NCBI GenBank assembly: GCA_002084665.1 | Contig: NBLY01000008.1 | Location: 1 to 43,223 of the forward strand | Origin: Desulfobacteraceae bacterium 4572_35.2 | Lineage (GTDB): Bacteria > Desulfobacterota > Desulfuromonadia > Desulfuromonadales > Desulfuromonadaceae | Length of the DNA stretch: 43,223 bases | Reading direction: 5' to 3' | Shown: positions 20,968-28,647 of the stretch, piece by piece | Layout: each line of letters opens with the position of its first letter | Position numbering within the stretch: the first letter of the stretch is position 1 | Notes under the pieces: generated by a model | What the model was told of the DNA's origin: nothing | Databases searched by the model: none | Seen by the model: the letters and a program-made list of their open reading frames with translations, nothing else | Made by a program: the position numbers and the translations under genes

Positions 20968-21477
20968 ATGGAATATGGTCACAGAAAATCAGCCGACATT
21001 TCCAACCTGCTGCCAAAGCTTATCAAACTGGCAGAATCCGACACCCTCTATCGCGATGAGTATATCCGTCGAGCTCACCACTATCTGCAGCCACAGCTTT
21101 CTCCTGCCGGTAGAGCTTAAAAAATGCAGATACAAACAACCAGTATGCCCAACGAAATCCGCAATGCCTTGCCGCACAGCGATTGGGATAAAGTTTACGA
21201 GCTAATCAGCCGCAACAGAAAACTCAAACAGCAACTTAATGATAAAATCGATTTATCTGATTTTGGTCACCAAATCTACGGCCACCATGACGCTCCAATC
21301 GACCCGTTCTTCCCCGGGATGCACAAACTCGCCAACCTTACCACGGAGCAACTCGAGAGAGAAGTCAGTCGAGTTGAGGGCCAAAACCACCCTCTAACGC
21401 TCAATCAGATTTGGATGGACATTGTCCACCATCAAAAGAGTGGCAACCTCCAGAGCAGCAATAACTACTCGCTTTGA
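20968..21477 (+). pseudogene. Interrupted hypothetical protein (50-aa ORF 20968-21120 plus same-frame ORF 21124-21477)
   Basis: GAGG RBS and ATG 20968, MEYGHRKSADISNLLPKLIKLAESDTLYRDEYIRRAHHYL...; a single TAA at 21118-21120 separates it from the in-frame 117-aa ORF. Confidence 0.55.
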
Positions 21478-21480
21478 ATC

Positions 21481-21515
21481 AAAAGAAAAGGCCGCCAGAC
21501 AGCATCTGGTCTGCC
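21481..21515 (-). terminator. Probable terminator after the TA pair
   Basis: Minus strand GGCAGACCAGA-TGCTG-TCTGGCGGCC-TTTTCTTTT, an imperfect stem plus U tract. Confidence 0.5.
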
Positions 21516-21557
21516 GACAATGTAACAATTTCGCATTAATTCTTAAAAAACAGGGCT

Positions 21558-21833
21558 CTACTTAGAGCGCAAATAAACTTCACGACGATGACCAATCGAC
21601 AAGGCCACAACGACTAACTGTTTCTCTTCAATCTGGCAAATAATACGGTAATCTCCAACACGATAGCGCCATAGCCCACTCAGTTCACCACGCAATGATT
21701 CCCCAAAATGTCTTGGGTTCTTGCAACCGCTAATCCGATCATCGAGCCAATCGATGAGTCTTTTTTGTACAGGTCGATCCAGCTTCCTCAATTGTCTTTC
21801 AGCAATGTCGCTGACTTCAATTGTCCAAGCCAA
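21558..21833 (-). CDS. Type II TA toxin, RelE/ParE (RelE/StbE) family
   Basis: WTIEVS...LRKLD...LWRYRVGDYRIIC...IGHRREVY. Confidence 0.95.
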   Translation of the reverse strand: MAWTIEVSDIAERQLRKLDRPVQKRLIDWLDDRISGCKNPRHFGESLRGELSGLWRYRVGDYRIICQIEEKQLVVVALSIGHRREVYLRSK

Positions 21834-22029
21834 GATCTTTCCTTAGGTCATTGAGTGATTTTGATCCGCTCATTTCAGTTAATGCATGCTGCGCTAGTTC
21901 TAAATCTTCGTTATCTTCTAAATAACGAATAATTGCTTCGCGCACAACAGTGCTGCGATTACTTCCTTTAATTTTAACCAGCAGATCAAGCTGCTGTTCT
22001 AATGCTTTTTCTAACCGAATTGCCAACAT
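21817..22029 (-). CDS. Type II TA antitoxin, ribbon-helix-helix (CopG-like)
   Basis: MLAIRL...RSTVVREAIIRYLED with acidic tail; overlaps the toxin start; TTG start at 22041 also possible. Confidence 0.88.
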   Translation of the reverse strand: MLAIRLEKALEQQLDLLVKIKGSNRSTVVREAIIRYLEDNEDLELAQHALTEMSGSKSLNDLRKDLGLDN

Positions 22030-22049
22030 ACAATCTGTCAATCACCCAC

Positions 22050-23297
22050 CTAGCGTTCAGGTAACCTCAACTCAATCCGCTCAATCCGCTGCTGCACTAC
22101 GTTCCTCACCGTCAACGCCACGCCATTAATCACACACTGCTCTCCAGCAGCAGGGATATGACCAAACTGACTGAGCATTAAACCGGCAAGAGTGGTGGCA
22201 TCTTCCTCTAAAAAATCGAACTCAAAACGGCGATTCAATGCCCGAATGGTGAAACCACCATCAATAAGGAAGCACCCTGACCCTAACGGAATAACACCTT
22301 GCTCTTCGTCATCATATTCATCTTGAATTTCACCGACAATCTCTTCGAGGACATCCTCTAGGGTGACGATCCCTTCGACACCACCGTATTCATCGAGAAC
22401 CACGGCGAGATGGACGCGCCGCTTACGAAAGGCGAGCAACAACGATTCAACTTGCTTGGCCTCGGGGACAAAATAGGGATCGCGCATCACATCTCTAATA
22501 CGAAATTTCTCGGGATCATCTACAAAGCGCAGCACATCTTTTGAATGGATGATACCGACCACATCGTCCAGGGTTTCACGGTAAACTGGGAAACGTGAAT
22601 GGGTTGAGCGTTTGACCTGATCAAGAAGAACAGCAAAGGGAGACTCCACATCAACTCCAGCTACTTCTGTACGCGGAACCATCAACTCCCGCACCCGCAA
22701 TTGCGACAGCTCGAAGACCCCATGCAACATATTTTTCTGGCTACCAGCGAGAGAACCCGACTGTGCGCCAAGGGAGATCATAGTTTTAATCTCATCGGCA
22801 GAGAGACCAGAACTAGAATTATCGACTTTAAACATGCGGGTAATCAAACCAGATAAGCCTGTGACCAACCAGATGATTGGAGTTAACACCCACAGCACAA
22901 AACGGATTGGTTTTAATACCCGAAAAGAGACCACCTCAGCTCGCCGGGCGGCATAGGTTTTGGGGCAGACCTCAGAAAAAACTAATAACAAGGGAGTCAG
23001 AATAGCGATAGTCATCAGATCACCGCGCGCACCAAAAATTTCAACAAAAAAAGTGGTGGCGAGGACAGACAAAGCAATATTGACGAAGTTATTACCGACA
23101 AGGATGCCGCCAAGCAACCATTCAGGATTATCAAGTAAGTTCTCTAGGGTCTTGGCACCACGGCGCTGCTTCTCTACGAGATATTTAACACGTAAGCGAT
23201 CTATCGACAGCAGTGCGGTTTCGGAGCCGGAAAAAAAACCAGACAACAAAAACAAACACCCCATCACGAACAGTTGACACCATTGATCTTCAGTCAT
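22050..23297 (-). CDS. CNNM/DUF21-CBS-CorC family transporter (hemolysin C-like)
   Basis: FFSGSETA, GNNFVN, EVCPKT, HSRFPV, DEYGG, TLEDVLEEIVGEI; GAGGA RBS before ATG 23297. Confidence 0.95.
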   Translation of the reverse strand: MTEDQWCQLFVMGCLFLLSGFFSGSETALLSIDRLRVKYLVEKQRRGAKTLENLLDNPEWLLGGILVGNNFVNIALSVLATTFFVEIFGARGDLMTIAILTPLLLVFSEVCPKTYAARRAEVVSFRVLKPIRFVLWVLTPIIWLVTGLSGLITRMFKVDNSSSGLSADEIKTMISLGAQSGSLAGSQKNMLHGVFELSQLRVRELMVPRTEVAGVDVESPFAVLLDQVKRSTHSRFPVYRETLDDVVGIIHSKDVLRFVDDPEKFRIRDVMRDPYFVPEAKQVESLLLAFRKRRVHLAVVLDEYGGVEGIVTLEDVLEEIVGEIQDEYDDEEQGVIPLGSGCFLIDGGFTIRALNRRFEFDFLEEDATTLAGLMLSQFGHIPAAGEQCVINGVALTVRNVVQQRIERIELRLPER

Positions 23298-23500
23298 AAC
23301 TTCCTCATTGCAACAAATCACACCATCATTTCATCCAAATTCAGGGCCCATACTAGCTCACACAATTACGAAACACAATTAACAAGCACGTCAGCCAACA
23401 GCCAGTGGATAATTGTTGACAATACTAGCTATTACCTTGAGGATATGGACGATCAAATCGTCTAAAAATATTCACAGATTCGTTCAATAAAGGCACATCC

Positions 23501-25311
23501 ATGCTAAGCGAAAACCATAAAAAACTTCTGGCCCTTGCAGCCATTCAACTCAACGCTTTATCCGAGCTGAGCATTAGCGCCCTGTGCCAGCACCAGATTG
23601 AAGCTAGCGACCTCAGCGATGACGAATTGCTAGAATTTCTAACCATTGCCAACGCCCTATATCGCAGTGGCGACCGGTTAATCTCCGATGCTGACTACGA
23701 CTTTTTATTTTTGGCCGAATTAAAGCAACGCCAGCCAAAACATCCCTTTCTCACTGAAGTTGAACCCGAGGCTATAACAACAGCCAAAACCGTGGAACTA
23801 CCAGTGCGGATGTTATCAACAGACAAAGCCTACACTGTCGAAGATATGTTACGCTGGCTAGAGCGGATCAAAAAAGCCGCTACCGACCTCAATAAGCCGT
23901 TTGCCAAACTGATATTTAAGGCGACACCTAAACTTGATGGTTTTGCCGCCTATGATGATGGCCAGCACCTATACACCCGCGGTGATGGTAAACGCGGCAC
24001 TGACATTAGCCGAGTTATGCAACGCGGTTTAGTGGTTGCAGAGGGTGGCCAGCGTGGCCTTGGTGCCGGAGAGATCGTGGTTAGCACCAGTTATTTCAAC
24101 CAACACCTCGCCGAGCATTTTGAAAACTCTCGAAATTTTCAAGCCAGCGTGGTGAAAGAGAAGGAGCTCGCCCCCCCTGCAGCAGAAGCGATTAAGGTTC
24201 AGGCTGCCGTTTTTTATCCGTTTCAATTATTACCGAGCTGGAGCGGTTCGGCTGAACAACTTGAGCACCAGCTTGAAACAATTTTCAAGCAACAACTCAG
24301 TGCCGTTGACTATGATGTCGATGGTGTAATTTTCGAGATTATTGATGACGAGTTAAAAAAGTACATGGGCGCGACACGTCACCATCATCGCTGGCAAATT
24401 GCCTTAAAGGAGAACGTTGAAACCGCCGAGGTCAATGTAATTGCTGTACATCCGCAAACCTCTCGCTCGGGTCGTGTTAATCCGGTAGTTGAAGTGGAAC
24501 CAACCCGCCTCAGCGGCGCACTGATTCAACGGGCAACGGCGCATCACTACGGCATGGTTAAAAGTAACAACATCGGCCCTCAAGCAATCATCGAGTTAAC
24601 CCGCAGCGGTGAGGTGATCCCTAAAATACTCCGCGTTATCAAGCCAAGCGAGGCCCAACTACCTGAAAGTTGTCCGAGCTGTGGCGGTGAACTTACGTGG
24701 GACAACGACTACCTGTTTTGCACCAACAACAGTCAGTGCCCCGCCCAAATCGCTCATACCATTGAGCATTTTTTCCGCACCTTAGGCAATATCGATGGTT
24801 TTGGCCCTGCCACCATCGAAAAACTCTACACCAGCAATGTTCGTACATTGCCTGAAATTTACAACCAAAGTGCTTTTGATTTTGAGGGGATCGGTTTCGG
24901 CCCCAAGCAATCTGAAAATCTCGTCGCTCAACTACAGCGCAGCCGTAGTGAACAGATTGAGGATTGGCGTTTTCTCGCGGCTTTTGGCATCTTCCGCATG
25001 GGTGGCGGCAACTGCGAGCGTTTACTAAGCCACCACAAACTGCAAGACATTTTCACCTTAACCATTGAGCAGATCATTGCAATTGAAGGGTTTGCTGAGC
25101 GCACTGCAGAAATTCCATGACGCAAGGCAGCCGCTCTGATATGCAAGCCAACGCCAAAAAAATGGGCGCGAAAGTCGGCAGTTCGGTATCAGGGAAGACC
25201 GACTACCTGATTACTGGAGAAAAAGTGGGCGCGAGTAAGCTCAACTCAGCGCAAGCCAAAGGGGTTGAGGTGTTAACAGAGCAACAATATCTAGAACTGA
25301 TTGGTGGCTAA
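23501..25311 (+). CDS. NAD-dependent DNA ligase family protein, divergent type; split into 23501-25120 and BRCT part 25117-25311
   Basis: SDADYD, MLSTDK, KLDG adenylation motif, TRGDG, DGVI, RSGEVIP, C4 Zn finger, HhH repeats, BRCT (SVSGKTDYL..GEKVGASKL); apparent deletion/frameshift at ~25113. Confidence 0.9.
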
Positions 25312-25313
25312 CG

Positions 25314-25592
25314 ATGGCAAAAACAAGGGTACAGCTTGAGATAAGCGGTCGAGTGCAAGGGGTATGTTACCGCTATTTCACCCAACAAACCGCCCAAGCT
25401 GCGGGCATTACTGGCTGGGTTAAAAACCGTATCAACGGCAATGTAGTGGCACTACTTGAAGGGGAGGAAAAGGCGATAGCTAGAGTGATTGAACGGTGTC
25501 ACCAAGGGCCACAGCTGGCCCATGTAGATCATATTGAAGTAGTACAGCAGCCCCATACTGGTGAATTCGATACATTTAATATTGTGAGTTAA
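25314..25592 (+). CDS. acyP: Acylphosphatase
   Basis: SGRVQGVCYR, GWVKN, GP motif. Confidence 0.95.
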   Translation: MAKTRVQLEISGRVQGVCYRYFTQQTAQAAGITGWVKNRINGNVVALLEGEEKAIARVIERCHQGPQLAHVDHIEVVQQPHTGEFDTFNIVS

Positions 25593-25692
25593 GCTGGTCC
25601 TCTCAATAGGTTAGCTACAAACCAGATTCTACTCCCATTCAGAACAGCCATCTTTGCATACCTAAACCATACCTAAACCTTACATGTACATC

Positions 25693-26583
25693 CTAGCAAA
25701 TTGATTCAACCGCATATAAATTAAAAAGTTCCGGAACGCTAAGTGAATAACCATCCAAAACTGGCCGAATTTCAGCTAATTTTGATAAAATACCCCGCGC
25801 TACTGATTCCTCGGCATGATGAACAGCTCGGTGACAATAGGGACAAAGACAGAATGCTACTGATTCCTCGGCATGATGAACAGCTCGGTGACAATAGGGA
25901 CAAAGACAGAATACATTATGAATAGTATCTAAAGGTTGGGGAAATTCTCCCTGCAAACTAATGGGAATCAGGTGATGTACTTCAAGGTATGGTTTTCGGC
26001 TAAAACGAGAAAGAAAAAGATTATGTTTCGAATCAAATTCACATGAGTATCTTGAAAGCTCCAATCTTTCCAATGCAACCTTACGATCACGAGAAAAAGA
26101 ATCACGTTCTTTATGTCTCGTTGTTTTTATAATACCGGGCGCATCCACTTCTCGTTGATAGACATCATCATATTCATCCAATTTGAGCTCAGAAGATTCA
26201 AGCCTCCATATATTTTCAGGCATTTGTCCAAGCCAAAGAGCCCCATCTTTGACAAACATAAACAACACTGAGCCAGATGCAGGTTTAAATCCAGCTCTTA
26301 CTGAAATATATAATCGAAGTTCCTGCTTCTCGGGTTTTGGATACACAATGTTAAGCTTAACTTCCGCGCCATCAGGGAACAGTTTGAATGATTTCAATGC
26401 CATAGCTGGGTTTAGCTTTACCGGTCCAACATGAATCTGTGACTTTCCAAAGTATGAGAGAACAAGATCGGCTTCATAATCAGCTAATGTTATTTGTGAA
26501 TCATAATATTCTCTTTCGGTTACAATCGAGTACGCACCATCACCAGTATCAAACCTTCTTGTCTGCATTTTCCCAAACTTCAT
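25693..26583 (-). CDS. HNH endonuclease, putative restriction endonuclease partner of the adjacent C5 methyltransferase
   Basis: CEFD...EVHHLIP...NVFCLCPYCHRAVHH; GGGGAG RBS before ATG 26583; 20 bp after the MTase stop. Confidence 0.85.
   Translation of the reverse strand: MKFGKMQTRRFDTGDGAYSIVTEREYYDSQITLADYEADLVLSYFGKSQIHVGPVKLNPAMALKSFKLFPDGAEVKLNIVYPKPEKQELRLYISVRAGFKPASGSVLFMFVKDGALWLGQMPENIWRLESSELKLDEYDDVYQREVDAPGIIKTTRHKERDSFSRDRKVALERLELSRYSCEFDSKHNLFLSRFSRKPYLEVHHLIPISLQGEFPQPLDTIHNVFCLCPYCHRAVHHAEESVAFCLCPYCHRAVHHAEESVARGILSKLAEIRPVLDGYSLSVPELFNLYAVESIC
25799..25912. repeat. Exact 57-bp tandem duplication inside the HNH gene
   Basis: Two identical copies (25799-25855, 25856-25912) duplicating FCLCPYCHRAVHHAEESVA. 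Confidence 0.95.
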
Positions 26584-26603
26584 AAACTCTCCCCAGTTAC
26601 CAA

Positions 26604-27674
26604 TTAAATATAAGGAATAAGTGTTTCTGCAATCTTTTTTATAACAGGCAGCGCTACTGAATTTCCAAATTGGCGGTAAGCTGCTGTTTTTGCAACAGGA
26701 ATAATAAAGGACTCTGGAAAACCTTGTAATCGAGCACATTCACGAGGTGAAAGCATTCTAGGGTTTTTATTTTCTTGCGGGATAAGGCATTCTTTCCCGT
26801 CTTTTCCATAGCGAGCAACAATTGTATTTGATGGTTTTTCTATATCTGCACAATGAGCTGTAAACCCTGTGCCCCTTGCAATATTGCGTTCAGTTCGCCG
26901 CTGATGCCCTTCCCAAAGTTTCGTTGAAATCGTAAAAGAATCATCAACCTCATCTTCAAGAATACCCTTAAGGGGCAAGGGATCACCCTGCACTTGTGGG
27001 AAGGTAAAATCTCCACCACCACGGATACACACCATATAACATCGCACACGCTTCTGAGGGACTAATGGACTTGAATCAATAACTTGAAATGAAAAGCTAT
27101 ACCCAAGAGACTCAATTGTATTTTTCACAACATCAAATGTTTTACCACCATCGTGCCGAACTAAATTTCTCACATTCTCTAGAAAGACTATTTTTGGTTT
27201 TTTTACCTTTATAATTCTAGCAATATCGAAAAACAAAGTCCCTTGGGTTTCACAAGCAAAACCGTGTGAAATATTAAGAGAATTTCGAGAGGAAACGCCA
27301 GCGAGACTAAAAGGCTGGCAAGGGAATCCTGCACACAAAACATCGTGATCAGGAATCGATTCCTCAGGTATTTTTCGAATATCGCCATAGGGAACTTCTC
27401 CAAAGTTTGCTTCATATGTTTTTTTCGCATGGGAATCCCATTCACTTGAGAATACACACTTCCCCCCGATTCCCTGCATGGCAATTCTAAACCCACCAAT
27501 TCCTGAAAAAAGGTCAATAAAGGAAAAACTTGGATTATCAACTGGGGGAAAGGGAATACTACCCCATGAAGTTGAAAGTGAGGCCTGATAAGGCACATCT
27601 AACTCACTTATTTGCTCAGCAGAAGTTATTTTAGGGGTTAACTGACTAAATAAATTAACGCAATGCTCGTTCAT
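26604..27674 (-). CDS. DNA (cytosine-5)-methyltransferase, Dcm/EcoRII-like
   Basis: Motif I FIDLFSGIGG, IV GFPCQPFS, VI ENV, VIII QKRVR, IX RECARLQGFP, X QFGNSV; HGFACETQGTLFFD as in Dcm. Start uncertain (27674 or further upstream). Confidence 0.95.
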   Translation of the reverse strand: MNEHCVNLFSQLTPKITSAEQISELDVPYQASLSTSWGSIPFPPVDNPSFSFIDLFSGIGGFRIAMQGIGGKCVFSSEWDSHAKKTYEANFGEVPYGDIRKIPEESIPDHDVLCAGFPCQPFSLAGVSSRNSLNISHGFACETQGTLFFDIARIIKVKKPKIVFLENVRNLVRHDGGKTFDVVKNTIESLGYSFSFQVIDSSPLVPQKRVRCYMVCIRGGGDFTFPQVQGDPLPLKGILEDEVDDSFTISTKLWEGHQRRTERNIARGTGFTAHCADIEKPSNTIVARYGKDGKECLIPQENKNPRMLSPRECARLQGFPESFIIPVAKTAAYRQFGNSVALPVIKKIAETLIPYI

Positions 27675-27762
27675 CGCATCCGTCAAGAAAGGAACACCAC
27701 TATCTTGGCATTGAAACCAATGCGTGATTCTTTGTTCACGATTTAAGTACCAACAACACAGA

Positions 27763-28647
27763 TCAATCGCACTTACCCTGCAAACGCAAACTCTCCTGAT
27801 AGACATCACTACCACTGATTCCGTGCGTTTTCGCCACCTGTTTAACGATGGCTTTCATGGGTAGGTCACCCTCCAGACTCAAGCGCTCCAATGCCTCACG
27901 AACGGTTTCCGTTGGCGCGGCCTCGACCGCAGGAGCGAGCAATAAAACAATTTCACCACGAACTCGTGCTTGGGAAAAATGATCGATGGCCTCTGTCACC
28001 GTGCCACGAAACAACTCCTCGTGCAATTTGGTTAATTCACGGGCGATGGCCACCGTCCGTTTTTGAGTCAAGTAAGGCTGCAAAGCACGGCAGCGGGCGA
28101 CGGTCTTGGGCGGCAAGAAACCATCAAAACAAAAACGATCAGTTGGCAGCCCTGCGACAGATAAGGCTGAGATACAGGCACTCGGTCCTGGTACGGACAA
28201 CACCGTTACTCCGCCATTGCGGCAGTGTTGAACCAGCACGTTACCCGGATCGGAGATCGCCGGTGTACCGGCATCGCTAATCAGGGCGATGGACTGCCCT
28301 TGTTGCAACAAACCGAGAAGATAATCCATCTTCTGTGATTCGTTCAACACATTACCCGGATCGGAGATCGCCGGTGTACCGGCATCGCTAATCAGGGCGA
28401 TGGACTGCCCTTGTTGCAACAAACCGAGAAGATAATCCATCTTCTGTGATTCGTTGTGCTCGTAACAGGAGGTTAAATTGGTTTCGATACCAAAATGGTT
28501 AAACAGCTTACGGCTATGGCGGGTATCCTCTGCGGCAACCAGATCGACCTCTTTGAGGATGCGGATGGCGCGAAAGGTGATATCTTCTAAATTACCAATG
28601 GGGGTCGCAACCACGTACAGAGTTCCCCACTGCGCTGAATCAGTCAT
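27763..28647 (-). CDS. rsmI: 16S rRNA Cm1402 methyltransferase RsmI (internal duplication and deletion)
   Basis: VATPIGNLEDIT, AEDTR, SDAGTPAISDPG (twice), RELTKLHEE; the FYESPHR segment is missing. Confidence 0.95.
   Translation of the reverse strand: MTDSAQWGTLYVVATPIGNLEDITFRAIRILKEVDLVAAEDTRHSRKLFNHFGIETNLTSCYEHNESQKMDYLLGLLQQGQSIALISDAGTPAISDPGNVLNESQKMDYLLGLLQQGQSIALISDAGTPAISDPGNVLVQHCRNGGVTVLSVPGPSACISALSVAGLPTDRFCFDGFLPPKTVARCRALQPYLTQKRTVAIARELTKLHEELFRGTVTEAIDHFSQARVRGEIVLLLAPAVEAAPTETVREALERLSLEGDLPMKAIVKQVAKTHGISGSDVYQESLRLQGKCD
28241..28455. repeat. 111-bp-period tandem duplication within rsmI
   Basis: NESQKMDY...DPGNVL encoded twice; 104 bp identical, with synonymous differences at the junction (AAC GTG CTG vs AAT GTG TTG). 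Confidence 0.95.

Noticed and set aside
21110-21126. Selenocysteine/pyrrolysine or other stop-codon recoding
   Set aside because: The interrupting codon is TAA, not TGA or TAG, and TAA is used as a normal stop throughout the window.
25105-25125. Programmed frameshift or naturally split ligase/BRCT
   Set aside because: Sequence between the last HhH and the BRCT start (including the FTG motif) is missing, which a frameshift cannot restore; it fits a deletion.
26584-26739. Long overlap of the HNH ORF with the MTase (similarly extended starts of murG, murE, purE, purD)
   Set aside because: Artefact of longest-ORF calling; downstream ATGs with RBS give normal gene boundaries.
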